Source: Candidatus Levyibacteriota bacterium (lineage in GTDB: Bacteria; Patescibacteriota; Microgenomatia; Levybacterales; UBA12049). From it: a stretch of DNA of 64,000 nucleotides. The notes under the pieces are model-generated. The model did not search any database. It had not been told where the DNA came from and saw nothing but the letters and a program-made list of their open reading frames with translations. Below are positions 25,651-35,315 of the stretch, in pieces. Location: the NCBI GenBank assembly GCA_963722305.1, contig CAVRKE010000001.1:501549-565548 (forward strand), read 5' to 3'. Each line of letters opens with the position of its first letter. Positions within the stretch are counted from its first letter, which is position 1. Position numbers and translations under genes: made by a program.

Positions 25651-26694
25651 TTATGCTGCTCTTTCTAACTGTCTGAAGATGGTTATCCCTTTATAGGCAG
25701 GAACAAAAGCGGTTATTCCCAAAGGGATTGTCGTTGTCTTAATAAAGCTTGTCGTTCCCCGGGGCTCCCCATCCTGTTCGAACGCAACTGGCTCTGCTAA
25801 ATTAATCACTGTTTGCCGTATTCGGCCCGACATTGCTACTAAAGGATTCTTCCTGCCTCTTAAAGCAAACGTGAGTAGTCCTCGGGGAAATATTTCCCAA
25901 CCTTCATCCCCTTCAATTAAAGTCATGTTTTGCCAACCGTCATTGACTTTGGCTCTGGGATGGAGTCTTCCACAAACATGCCATTGAGAATTACTGTATA
26001 TTACTTCCAGAAAGCGGATTGGTTTTGGCTTACCCCTCCTGCCAATAATTATTTCTCCCGACACTTCTCGATATGAACCTAAATCACGAAGACCGGCTTT
26101 AAAAAACGGCCATTTGCCGTCGCTCGTCTTTTCCTCTCCGTAAGCATGTACCATACTCATGGCGTGGGCTAAATAACCGGCATCTGCCACACCCAGATGT
26201 ATATCCTTGTTTCCCGATGAATCTTCTATCTCTCCAAAATCCATACCTTTTCTGACGCCGTTTTGCATGGCGAGGACTATTTCAGCGGCGCGTTTTGAGG
26301 CATGAAGGTCATGGTCGTAGTTATTGACGGTTCCGATTTGTACCGTGGCAATGGCTATTCTTTTTTCGGGACCGTTATCGAGAGCAGTAACCAAAGCCTC
26401 TCCTTTTTCTCTCTTTCTTTTCTCGGCATTAAGTACGCCTTTTGCTCCTTTATTAAGTCCTCCATCTCCGGTGGCCATCGCAATAATCGTGGCGCCTTTT
26501 TCAATGGACTTTTCCGTAAGTACTGTTTCGTCTCCCGCATGCTCCGTGTAACAAATGTCAATCAACCATCCGCCGGCCTGCAACCCTTTGGCGACATCAT
26601 TCACCAGTTTTAATCTTTCCTTCCTGCCCGCCTTTTCTCCACCATTAGGATTAACAATAAACGTAACGCGTTCGGGATTATCTCGTTCTAACAT
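25651..26694 (-). CDS. Diacylglycerol/lipid kinase family protein (DAGK catalytic domain, YegS/LCB5-like)
   Basis: FIVNPNGG at the N-terminus and the TGDGGLN (GGDG-type) motif. A TTGACA-N17-TATGAT promoter (26732-26704) lies 9 nt before the ATG. Confidence 0.6.
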   Translation of the reverse strand: MLERDNPERVTFIVNPNGGEKAGRKERLKLVNDVAKGLQAGGWLIDICYTEHAGDETVLTEKSIEKGATIIAMATGDGGLNKGAKGVLNAEKRKREKGEALVTALDNGPEKRIAIATVQIGTVNNYDHDLHASKRAAEIVLAMQNGVRKGMDFGEIEDSSGNKDIHLGVADAGYLAHAMSMVHAYGEEKTSDGKWPFFKAGLRDLGSYREVSGEIIIGRRGKPKPIRFLEVIYSNSQWHVCGRLHPRAKVNDGWQNMTLIEGDEGWEIFPRGLLTFALRGRKNPLVAMSGRIRQTVINLAEPVAFEQDGEPRGTTSFIKTTTIPLGITAFVPAYKGITIFRQLERAA

Positions 26695-26785
26695 TAGGGC
26701 TGCATCATAGCAAGACTATTTGAGACTGTCAATTGCGAGGCTTTCTTTAATTGAAATAAGGTAGATGTAAGAATACAATATAAAT

Positions 26786-29323
26786 ATGGAAAACCAGACA
26801 ATCGATGCTTCTTTAGATCAACAGTTTTGGAAATTAACCTATGAAGACGTCTTAACCAAGCTACAAACAAGATTATCCGGCCTGACAGAAGCGGAAGTTT
26901 TAGAAAGACAAAAGTTATACGGCTTAAACACAATCCATAAAAGAAAAGTAAATCTTATTTCCATCATCCTTCGCCAATTTAAAAGCAATCCGTTAATTAT
27001 TATTCTGGCGCTGGCCACATTTATCTCTTTTTCCCTTGGCCAACAAATTAGCTCCTATTATATTTTCGGGATGATTCTGGTAAGCATACTTTTGGGGGTT
27101 TGGAACGAGTATGGAGCGGAAAAAACCGTAGATGCGCTCTTAAAAAAAATCTCTCCTACCGCCCTGGTTATTCGTAATGACCAAAAACTGGAAATCCCGA
27201 TTGCTCAATTAACAATCGGCGATGTTGTTTTACTCTCCGAAGGAAGCATTATTCCGGCAGATTTGCGCCTGATTACCACCAATGATTTGGAAGTAAACCA
27301 ATCCTCGCTCACCGGAGAGTCGAAAACATCCTTTAAGGTAGCAGAAAATTTGTCTGTTGCGCCTGAAGGACTAAGTAAAATGGCCAATATTGCTTTTATG
27401 GGAACCTCTGTTGACAGCGGCTCCGGAAAGGGAGTCGTGATTAAAATCGGCAAGGATACGGAATTTGGAAAAATTGCCAAAAGCACGCTGTATATTAAAC
27501 CGGAAACTGATTTTGAAAAAGGGCTGGCAAGCTTTGGAAGACTCTTAGTGAAAGTTATTTTCATTCTAACCGCTGTTATTTTTGCCGTTAATGCATTGCT
27601 CGGCCACCACCTGCTTGATTCCCTGCTTTTCTCCTTAGCGATTGCTGTTGGGCTTACACCGGAGCTTCTTCCGGTAATTGTCACCGTCAGTCTTTCTCAC
27701 GGAGCAGGCAAACTGGCCAAGAAAAAAGTGGTGGCAAAACAGTTAATTGCCATAGAAAACCTTGGTAACATGGATACGCTTTGTACGGACAAAACAGGCA
27801 CGCTCACCGAAGGCAATATTGAACTGATTGACTTTCTTGATACCAAGGGTGAGAAAAATATCAATGTTTTAACCTCCGCTTTGCTTTGCAACAGCGCAAT
27901 TATCCATCATAAGGTCATTGGTAATGGTATTGATGCGGCAATTTGGAAATATGCCATGAAAAATAATCATAAGCCCGACCCTTCCATTATTAAGCTTGAG
28001 GATGAGCCGTTTGATTACAACCGAAAAGCAATGTACTCGGTTGTGGCTGAAAAAGAAAGCCATACCCTAATCGTTAAAGGCGCACCTCAGGCCATTCTCT
28101 CGTACTGCAAGAAGGAAAAGCTGACCGAGGAATGGGAGAAAAAATTTGCAGGCTTAAACAACGACGGTTTAAGAGTTGTCGTCATTGCAACTAAAAAAGT
28201 GCAAAAGAAGGATGCTTATTCATGGGAGGATGCCGAAGAAGGCCTGACCCTTTTAGGCTACATGACCTTCTTAGATATCCCAAAACTGTCCGTAAAAGAG
28301 GCGCTGGTAAAACTAAAAAATTTAAATGTGGCGGTCAAGGTAATTACCGGCGATAATGAAATCGTCACCCAAAAAGTCTGCCGGGAAGTTGGGATGGAAG
28401 TAACAAAGGTGCTGCTTGGCGCTGAGATTGACAAGCTGGACGATGCAAAACTTAAAGAACAGGTAATAACGGCCAATGTTTTTGCACGCGTTACTCCCGA
28501 GCAAAAAATGCGGATTATCCAGGCAATCCGCGATAATGGACATACTGTCGGATATCTTGGAGACGGCATTAACGACATTCCTCCGCTTCGCAATAGCGAT
28601 GTGGGTATTTCCGTCAACACTGCCGTAGATGTAGCTAAAGATGCTGCGGCAATAGTGCTTCTGCGGAAAAGTCTTGACGTGATTGCGGATGGGATTATGG
28701 AAGGAAGAAAAACCTTTAATAATACTATCAAGTATATCCTGATGGGAACCAGCTCTAATTTTGGCAATATGTTTTCGGCTGCCGGAGCCTCTTTTTTCCT
28801 TCCTTTTTTGCCGATGACTCCCGTGCAAATCCTGCTTACCAACGGCTTGTATGATATGTCGCAACTGACCATACCAACGGATAACGTCGACCAAGAAAGT
28901 CTTATAAAACCACGGCATTGGAATATTAATTTCATCCGAGACTATATGGTCTTTTTTGGACCAATCAGCTCTTTGTATGATTTTCTTACTTTTGGTGTGA
29001 TGTATTTCCTTTTTAAAGCCAGAGGCCCGCTTTTCCAAACCGGTTGGTTTATTGAATCGATGGCGACTGAAATCTTGGTGATTTTTGTCATCCGCACCTC
29101 GCGAACACCTTTCTTTCTAAGCAAGCCCAGCAAGTGGCTGCTTGGAGCGTGTGTCATCATCGTTGGACTATCATTGCTGATTCCTTTTTCTCCTCTAGCG
29201 GCCGACTTGGGATTTGTTACTCCTCCCCCGCTTTACTTTATAATTCTGATCCTCCTGGTCTCAACTTATCTTCTGCTGGTGGAAACATTAAAACGCATAT
29301 TTCTTAAGAATTACAGTCTGTAG
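26786..29323 (+). CDS. mgtA: P-type ATPase, Mg2+-importing (MgtA-type)
   Basis: DKTGTLT phosphorylation motif, TGES, GDGINDIPPL, and 10-TM topology. The N-terminus (LSGLTEAEVLERQKLYGLN) resembles MgtA/MgtB. A TTGAAA-N17-TACAAT promoter (26751-26779) lies 6 nt before the ATG. Confidence 0.8.
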   Translation: MENQTIDASLDQQFWKLTYEDVLTKLQTRLSGLTEAEVLERQKLYGLNTIHKRKVNLISIILRQFKSNPLIIILALATFISFSLGQQISSYYIFGMILVSILLGVWNEYGAEKTVDALLKKISPTALVIRNDQKLEIPIAQLTIGDVVLLSEGSIIPADLRLITTNDLEVNQSSLTGESKTSFKVAENLSVAPEGLSKMANIAFMGTSVDSGSGKGVVIKIGKDTEFGKIAKSTLYIKPETDFEKGLASFGRLLVKVIFILTAVIFAVNALLGHHLLDSLLFSLAIAVGLTPELLPVIVTVSLSHGAGKLAKKKVVAKQLIAIENLGNMDTLCTDKTGTLTEGNIELIDFLDTKGEKNINVLTSALLCNSAIIHHKVIGNGIDAAIWKYAMKNNHKPDPSIIKLEDEPFDYNRKAMYSVVAEKESHTLIVKGAPQAILSYCKKEKLTEEWEKKFAGLNNDGLRVVVIATKKVQKKDAYSWEDAEEGLTLLGYMTFLDIPKLSVKEALVKLKNLNVAVKVITGDNEIVTQKVCREVGMEVTKVLLGAEIDKLDDAKLKEQVITANVFARVTPEQKMRIIQAIRDNGHTVGYLGDGINDIPPLRNSDVGISVNTAVDVAKDAAAIVLLRKSLDVIADGIMEGRKTFNNTIKYILMGTSSNFGNMFSAAGASFFLPFLPMTPVQILLTNGLYDMSQLTIPTDNVDQESLIKPRHWNINFIRDYMVFFGPISSLYDFLTFGVMYFLFKARGPLFQTGWFIESMATEILVIFVIRTSRTPFFLSKPSKWLLGACVIIVGLSLLIPFSPLAADLGFVTPPPLYFIILILLVSTYLLLVETLKRIFLKNYSL

Positions 29324-29414
29324 GAATAATCTTGGGAATGGTTTCGCATTCGATTGAAGGAAAAGAACTGTTAAAACTTTTGGAAGAAATCAGAAAACTT
29401 TTCGAGACAAATTC

Positions 29415-30266
29415 GGGTTCTCCTACCCTGTTGGTAAAGCATGTAGCGTGTTTTGCAAGTAATGGTAAGGAGATTTAAACATTTCCGGTCTGGAAAATCT
29501 GCAGTAAAATTCACAGACATATTCTTCAAGCTTTTCTTCACTGACATGGTGGTACATCCTCCGGATAAAAGTCCTTAAAACGCCAAACATTCCTTCAATT
29601 TCAGAGGTGTTGGTAAACTCAAATTTCTTGTGAATGTCTGTCATATGGAATAGAGGATAATACTTATCAATATTTTTGTAAATAGTAGAGCCATCTGTAT
29701 TTAGTTGAGACTCTGGTTTAACGTAAGTTCTAACAAAATCAATTGCATCTTTCTTCGCTGGGGCATCAGAGGAGAGGATTTGATAAGCAAGCTTTCTGGT
29801 TCCTCTCTCCTTTCCCATGAGAAGTGCGGTATTACCAAATCTGCCAAAGTAGGCCTCATCAAGCTGGACAATATGCTCTAGAAGCCTCTGATCTCTTGGT
29901 AATTGTTCTCTGAACAAGTCAAAGTAATGTCTGACTCCCTTCTCAGACAAAGAAGTTAGATCTTCAGTCTGTTTAACCGGCATTTGTTTTGTCCAGCACC
30001 AGAGAATTAACCAAAATCTCTGCAAAGGAATCTTCACATTGCAAAGCCAGGTATGGGAAAACAGCGAGAACTTAATCTGACATTGTCTACATCTGTATCT
30101 TTTTTCAAAGCGAACAATATTCCAGGATTTGCACTTTGGACAGAAGATATTTCTACCAAAAACAGTTCTTCTGAGAAACTTTTTAATCTGGGCATCCGTA
30201 GGTACTTGTTTTAAATGGTACATAATCATATTCTAACGATTTTGTACCAACAGGGTGGGATTACCC
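29415..30266 (-). mobile_element. IS1595-family insertion sequence, intact copy B (852 bp)
   Basis: Same IRs as copy A. An 8-bp direct repeat ACAAATTC lies at 29407-29414 and 30267-30274. Confidence 0.9.
29423..30229 (-). CDS. IS1595-family transposase (intact)
   Basis: 268 aa. Zn-ribbon CPKCKS..RYRCRQC, with DDE-type residues in VQLDEAYFG, NTDGSTIY and TSEIEGMFGVLR. Confidence 0.9.
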   Translation of the reverse strand: MIMYHLKQVPTDAQIKKFLRRTVFGRNIFCPKCKSWNIVRFEKRYRCRQCQIKFSLFSHTWLCNVKIPLQRFWLILWCWTKQMPVKQTEDLTSLSEKGVRHYFDLFREQLPRDQRLLEHIVQLDEAYFGRFGNTALLMGKERGTRKLAYQILSSDAPAKKDAIDFVRTYVKPESQLNTDGSTIYKNIDKYYPLFHMTDIHKKFEFTNTSEIEGMFGVLRTFIRRMYHHVSEEKLEEYVCEFYCRFSRPEMFKSPYHYLQNTLHALPTG

Positions 30267-30315
30267 ACAAATTCCTTATTGAAAGGCTAAATTTGGGCTG
30301 ATATAATTTAAATTT

Positions 30316-30627
30316 ATGAATAGACGTGAAAGACAAAGAATAAGACAAAAACAAATGCCAGTAACATCCCCATCAGTTTTGTGCCCGCCGGAGAAAGCGG
30401 TTCTTTGTGGCGCACTTAAAGGTAAATGTGACTTGGTAAGAGTAGGCCAAACTGCTGCAGTTTATGAAAGAGATGGCGGAAATTCAGCTGATTTACTTGG
30501 AAGAACTACAGCAGTTATAAGTGCCAGGAGATGCACCGAGGACGCAATAAGGACATATCTTCCACCTGCCGCCAGACCAGCATATAGGCCAGCTCCCGAC
30601 AAGCTTCCATCCATATTTAGATCATAA
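30316..30627 (+). CDS. Hypothetical Arg-rich protein (103 aa)
   Basis: An extended -10 element TGaTATAAT (30299-30307) lies 8 nt before the ATG. No motif was recognised. The competing antisense ORF 30462..30653 has no such promoter. Confidence 0.35.
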   Translation: MNRRERQRIRQKQMPVTSPSVLCPPEKAVLCGALKGKCDLVRVGQTAAVYERDGGNSADLLGRTTAVISARRCTEDAIRTYLPPAARPAYRPAPDKLPSIFRS

Positions 30628-30665
30628 TCTAACAGTAATTCTAAAGAAAACACTGGATAAGAAAA

Positions 30666-31325
30666 CTAAAGAAAAAGAAGCGAGAAGATGCCCATTGATG
30701 CACCAAGCATTGAGCCGCCGATGACGTCGGACAACCAGTGCTCCCCCAGATAAATTCTGGAAATGAACATTAAAGCCGCAAAAATAATGATCGAACAATA
30801 CAGCAATCGTTTTTGAACTTTTGAAAGCCGTTTCAGATGATAGATAATAAATATCAAAATCGTCGAAATGAACAATGTCCTGGCCAAATGACCGGAGGGA
30901 TATGATGAGCCGGGTTGGACATAAGAAGTGGGAAACTGGAAAGGAATATCATAGCGAAAGAAAAGGTATGGTGGTCCCGGATGAGCAACAAAAGCTTTCC
31001 CGAAAAGTTCTAAAAGATGGAAGAAGCCAAAAATACACAGAACAAAAATAAACCTCAATTTCCGAATAAAGAACCATAAAATAAGCAGTAATACACTCAC
31101 AATTTCAAAGCTTCCGACCAGGCTTAAAAGCGAAAAAAAGAAGTCAAAGCGTCTGGGAATTTTGTTTTGCAACCTGACCGTCGTATCAAAATCCAAGTGA
31201 ACAAAAAGGTTTTTGTGGACTAGGTAAGAGAACAAGATAAAAACAATGAACAATGAAATGCCAAAAATTGCCGGGAGCAGTTTGGGCGAAGTCCTGAGGG
31301 GTTGATCCGAAGGATTTTTCTTCAT
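30666..31325 (-). CDS. PAP2-family phosphatase (membrane)
   Basis: PAP2 motifs YPSGH and SRIYLGEHWLSDVIGG, with a multi-TM topology. Confidence 0.8.
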   Translation of the reverse strand: MKKNPSDQPLRTSPKLLPAIFGISLFIVFILFSYLVHKNLFVHLDFDTTVRLQNKIPRRFDFFFSLLSLVGSFEIVSVLLLILWFFIRKLRFIFVLCIFGFFHLLELFGKAFVAHPGPPYLFFRYDIPFQFPTSYVQPGSSYPSGHLARTLFISTILIFIIYHLKRLSKVQKRLLYCSIIIFAALMFISRIYLGEHWLSDVIGGSMLGASMGIFSLLFL

Positions 31326-32206
31326 TAGTCTAATTTGAGTTCCTTTAGGAATTTTTTAAATTCTCCGTTGATATCGGGATGCTTTAGCCCCCACTCAACT
31401 ACTGTTTTCATATATTCCAATTTATTGCCGGTGTCATAATACTTGGCATCTTTTATCTCCACCGCGTACAAAGGCACACCTTGTTCTTTTAACTTATTAA
31501 TGGCGTCTACCAACCACACTTCCCCGCCCTGTCCCGGCGCTAAATTCCTCAAGGCAGCAAAAATTTGCGGCGGCAAAATGTATCCGCCGTGGGTTGCCAG
31601 ATTGGACGGGGCTTTGTCCGGTTCGGGTTTTTCGACAATTTCGTTGATCTTGTAAACATTGCCTTCAACCTGGGTGACGTCGGCAATTCCGTATCTTTTT
31701 AAGTCTTCCTTTTTGTCTATCCTCACTCCGGAAATAACAATCCCCCCGTATTTTTCGTAAACGCCAATCATTTGCGAAAGGCGCGGAGGTGTGGCATAAA
31801 TAAATTCATCTCCCCACAAAACCGCAAACGGTTCGTCTTCGATGGCCGGCTCCGCCGACAAAATCGGCGTACCGTTGCCATACGGGCCCTTTTGCCTGAT
31901 GTAAATAAAGTTGGCCATTTCGGCCAGTTTATTAATCTGCTCAACGAATTCGGTCTTACCGCCATCCTTGAGATTTTTAAGCAGCTCCGAATTCGGCACA
32001 TCAAAATGGTCTTCGATAGCCCGCTTGGCCGAGCCGGTGACAATAATCACATCCCGTATTCCCGACCCCACCGCCTCCTCAACCACATATTGGATAACCG
32101 GTTTATCAACAATCGGCAGCATTTCTTTAGGCATGGCTTTAGTCTGGGGCAAAAAGCGGGTGCCAAACCCGGCGGCGGGGATAACAACCTTGCGAATCTT
32201 CTTCAT
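31325..32206 (-). CDS. galU: UTP--glucose-1-phosphate uridylyltransferase
   Basis: VIPAAGFGTRFLPQTKAMPKEMLPIVDKPVIQYVVEEA. The start is set at MKKIRKVV (ATG at 32206) rather than at the longer track ORF. Confidence 0.85.
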   Translation of the reverse strand: MKKIRKVVIPAAGFGTRFLPQTKAMPKEMLPIVDKPVIQYVVEEAVGSGIRDVIIVTGSAKRAIEDHFDVPNSELLKNLKDGGKTEFVEQINKLAEMANFIYIRQKGPYGNGTPILSAEPAIEDEPFAVLWGDEFIYATPPRLSQMIGVYEKYGGIVISGVRIDKKEDLKRYGIADVTQVEGNVYKINEIVEKPEPDKAPSNLATHGGYILPPQIFAALRNLAPGQGGEVWLVDAINKLKEQGVPLYAVEIKDAKYYDTGNKLEYMKTVVEWGLKHPDINGEFKKFLKELKLD

Positions 32207-32346
32207 ATGCTTTCTGCATTGTAATGCTTTACGCGATTTCCTGTCAACCCTGTTAAATACCAGCGAAGCTGGTGCTTTTAGCATTTAATAGGGTCAACAT
32301 TTGACTTTCAAAACTTATCCTGCTTTACTTAAATTAAGCTGAATTT

Positions 32347-33795
32347 ATGCCCGACCAGAAAATACTAGATTATATTAAGACCGAAGAACAAAAAGGTTTT
32401 GCTAAAGCTACTATCACAACTGCTCTCTTAAAAATCGGCTGGCCACAAACACAAATCGACGAAGCTTTTGCAAGCCTTAATAATCAAACTCCGGCTGCGC
32501 CCGTAAGTCAAACTCCAAAACAAACTCCTCCCCAAATCTCTAACTACCTCCCGGGGGTAAAACAGCTTTTTGGCCAGGCTTGGCAAATTGAAAAAGACAG
32601 ATTCAAAACAATCGGGGCCATCATGCTATTTCCGTTTGCTTTTCTAATTATCGGCCTCATCGTTGGCCTTATCGGTATTTTTGCAAAACAAAATTTAATT
32701 GCAATTGCCGTGATTGGCATTGCTGCCCTTTTCACGATTGTTTTTAACATTTGCGCTCCAATTGCGCTGATACTGGCAATTAAATACAGGCATGAAAAAA
32801 TTGGCTTTAGGCAAGCTTATACAAAAAGCATCGGCAAGGCAATCCCGTTAATTATTCTTTCTATTTTATCCGGACTTATAGCCCTTACCGGCCTTATTCT
32901 TTTTATAGTTCCAGCGTTTATTTTTGGCATCTGGTTTAGCATGGCAATTTATGCATTGGTAAGCGATGATGCCGGAATAATTGCATCATTAAAATTAAGC
33001 AAACAATACGTAAACGGTAAGTTTTTTGCCGTACTTTATCGGTTTATCGGCTTTAGTATTATCATCTTTTTGCTTTCTCTATTGATTGGTCTGATTCCTA
33101 TTGTTAATTTATTTTTGGGGATTATAAATTTGCTGGTACTTAGTCCCCTTTCCACAATTTATAGTTATTTGCTCTATGAAAACCTGAAAAATTTGAACGG
33201 AAAACCGATTTCGAATCAGCCAAGCAAACTGTTTGTCTCGCTTATTCTATTTTTATTAGCCTTGATTGCATTTCTGCTTTTGCTGGTTTTAGCCTATGTG
33301 ATACCAAATTTAATTAAAAACTACAGCAAGCCACCAACAGCTTATCAATACAAACAAACTCTGCCAAATAAGAATTTGAATTCTCTTCCTGCTCAGACTC
33401 CTATGCCGACTCAAAGTGTGAATCCATCGCAAATTCCTGCTCCGATTGAGGCTACTGGTTCGGCCGAAACTCCTACCTGCACTATTGACTGGAGTAATTT
33501 CCCGCCCTTGATAATCACTGGGCAACCATATACGTTTTCGGTTATGTTTAATTCCAATTTCGGCACAGCCATGCCCTCTGTCTATATCTATCCTGGCGGA
33601 CAGGCTCTCTACCGAGACAGCAATTCTTCCGGCTCTAATTTAAATTCGGTAACTGTAACCGTTGGCCTTACAGGCCCGACAAACGGGACCTACACTCTTA
33701 AACCATATCTTGATAATTCTTCCGCACAAGGTGTTGAGTGCAACGAAAAAACATTTACTGTCGGGGAACAAAATCAACCTTCCCCAACTCCTTAA
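32347..33795 (+). CDS. Polytopic membrane protein with a Pro/Thr-rich linker and a C-terminal extracellular domain, function unknown
   Basis: 482-aa ORF with several long hydrophobic helices between residues ~95 and ~325. Confidence 0.6.
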   Translation: MPDQKILDYIKTEEQKGFAKATITTALLKIGWPQTQIDEAFASLNNQTPAAPVSQTPKQTPPQISNYLPGVKQLFGQAWQIEKDRFKTIGAIMLFPFAFLIIGLIVGLIGIFAKQNLIAIAVIGIAALFTIVFNICAPIALILAIKYRHEKIGFRQAYTKSIGKAIPLIILSILSGLIALTGLILFIVPAFIFGIWFSMAIYALVSDDAGIIASLKLSKQYVNGKFFAVLYRFIGFSIIIFLLSLLIGLIPIVNLFLGIINLLVLSPLSTIYSYLLYENLKNLNGKPISNQPSKLFVSLILFLLALIAFLLLLVLAYVIPNLIKNYSKPPTAYQYKQTLPNKNLNSLPAQTPMPTQSVNPSQIPAPIEATGSAETPTCTIDWSNFPPLIITGQPYTFSVMFNSNFGTAMPSVYIYPGGQALYRDSNSSGSNLNSVTVTVGLTGPTNGTYTLKPYLDNSSAQGVECNEKTFTVGEQNQPSPTP

Positions 33796-33874
33796 ACTCT
33801 TTCTTTACATGCCCCTAAATTTCTGTTAAAATGTTGACAAATCCCATTATCCTAGTGTATTGGGATTTTAATTT

Positions 33875-34063
33875 ATGGCAACCACCCCGGCAAATTTTTT
33901 ACGCGAAGTTCGGGATGAACTGAAAAAAGTTGTCTGGCCGACCCGGGACGAAATAATCAGGCTTACGGGCGTTGTCATATTGGTCAGTTTACTGGTTGGA
34001 GTTTTCCTGGGTGGAACCGACTTTATTTTGACTAAATTAGTTGCAATATTAGTAACCAGATAA
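33875..34063 (+). CDS. secE: Preprotein translocase subunit SecE
   Basis: 62 aa. The segment FLREVRDELKKVVWPTRDE is followed by a single TM helix. It lies directly upstream of nusG. Confidence 0.85.
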   Translation: MATTPANFLREVRDELKKVVWPTRDEIIRLTGVVILVSLLVGVFLGGTDFILTKLVAILVTR

Positions 34064-34069
34064 TAAATT

Positions 34070-34861
34070 ATGACCGACAATAAAAAGACAAAAATTGAAG
34101 AAACACCTGAAGATACAACTCTGGTCGAAAAAGCTGTTGAAGAAGAAAAAACCGAACAAAAAGTCGAAGAAGTTGTCGACGAGGTGATTGAAGAGAAAAC
34201 CGAGCAAACGGAGAACAGCGAAATCCCGAGCGCAGCCGAGGGAGAAACCCCTGAAGGAAACGAAGTTTCCGAAGGGACCGAAGAGACTAAGGAAGAACCC
34301 GCAGTTGAAGAAACGCCCGCACCCGCTTCCTTGTCCGATGACGCCAAATGGTACATTGTCCACACTTATTCCGGACATGAAAACAAAGTTTCCAAATCCC
34401 TAAGGCAGCGCATTGAATCGATGGGTTTTGAAGACCGCATTTTTGACATTATTGTTCCGACCCGCGAAACCTTTAAAGTTTCCGGCGGTAAAAAAGAAAC
34501 AGTTAAAGAAAAGATTTTCCCCGGCTATGTCTTGGTCAAAATGATTTTGGACGACGAAAGTTGGCTTCTGGTTAGAACCACCCAGGGCGTCACCGCTTTT
34601 ATCGGCGCCGGCAACAAACCGACCCCGATTTCCGACAAAGAAGTGGCGGCCATCCAAAAGTTTATGGCCACCGAAGAACCATTATACAAAGCCTCTTTTG
34701 TGGTTGGCGAAGCGGTCAAGATTACGGACGGGCCGTTTACCGATTTCCTCGGCACCATTGACAATATTGACGAATCCAAGGGAAAACTGAAGGTTTTGGT
34801 AAGCATTTTCGGACGAGAAACTCCTGTTGAGCTAGATTTTCTCCAAGTATCAAAATTATAA
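34070..34861 (+). CDS. nusG: Transcription termination/antitermination factor NusG with a ~85-aa acidic N-terminal extension
   Basis: KWYIVHTYSGHENKV (NGN domain) and a C-terminal KOW (GEAVKITDGPFTDFLGTI). Glu/Thr-rich N-terminus. Confidence 0.9.
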   Translation: MTDNKKTKIEETPEDTTLVEKAVEEEKTEQKVEEVVDEVIEEKTEQTENSEIPSAAEGETPEGNEVSEGTEETKEEPAVEETPAPASLSDDAKWYIVHTYSGHENKVSKSLRQRIESMGFEDRIFDIIVPTRETFKVSGGKKETVKEKIFPGYVLVKMILDDESWLLVRTTQGVTAFIGAGNKPTPISDKEVAAIQKFMATEEPLYKASFVVGEAVKITDGPFTDFLGTIDNIDESKGKLKVLVSIFGRETPVELDFLQVSKL

Positions 34862-34878
34862 TAATGAAAATCTAGCGA

Positions 34879-34902
34879 AATCCTGAGCGTTAGCGAAGGA
34901 TT
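34879..34902 (+). repeat. Hairpin repeat with tandem G.A mismatches (family copy 1)
   Basis: Stem AATCCTGAGC, loop GTTA, stem GCGAAGGATT. It lies just after the nusG stop. Confidence 0.65.
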
Positions 34903-34943
34903 GAATACGGCTTCTTGCAAGTGAGTAAGCTTTAGCTTACGAA

Positions 34944-34965
34944 ATCCTGAGCGAAAGCGAAGGAT
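34944..34965 (+). repeat. Hairpin repeat with tandem G.A mismatches (family copy 2)
   Basis: Stem ATCCTGAGC, loop GAAA, stem GCGAAGGAT. A separate GTAAGC-TTTA-GCTTAC hairpin (34925-34940) lies between copies 1 and 2. Confidence 0.65.
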
Positions 34966-35203
34966 CAGTAGACATTTTAAGATAGAATAAGTATAATAGA
35001 AAAACTTATTACGAGTCTGGGAGACCGTAAGGTCGTTTGAACCAGTAGATAAGAACCTCTTTTTGAGACTTTTCTACTTTCAAATTTTCAGTTTTAATAA
35101 TAATTTTTGCGGGGAGCTTGCAAAATTTTTGAAGGACGACAAGCGAATTACGGGTCCGAAAAAATTTTCGTAAGCGACCCAAGCAAATCTTTAGAAAGTA
35201 AAT

Positions 35204-35314
35204 ATGGCTAAAAAGATTAAGACAATCATTAAAATTAACATTCCGGCCGGAGCAGCCCGCCTGCCATCGCTGGTAGCTCAGGCATGGAACGCTATTATGA
35301 AAGGACGAAATTAA
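35204..35314 (+). other. Upstream ORF / partial 5' duplicate of rplK (36 codons)
   Basis: It encodes MAKKIKTIIKINIPAG, identical to L11 residues 1-16, then diverges through indels. Its TAA at 35312-35314 lies 1 nt before the rplK GTG. Confidence 0.6.
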
Positions 35315-35315
35315 A

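Noticed and set aside
29341-29414. A small ORF (MVSHSIEGKELLKLLEEIRKLFETNS..) apparently truncated by IS1595-family copy B
   Set aside because: Restoring the empty site gives only a 30-codon ORF with no recognisable features. The evidence is insufficient to call a gene or a disruption.
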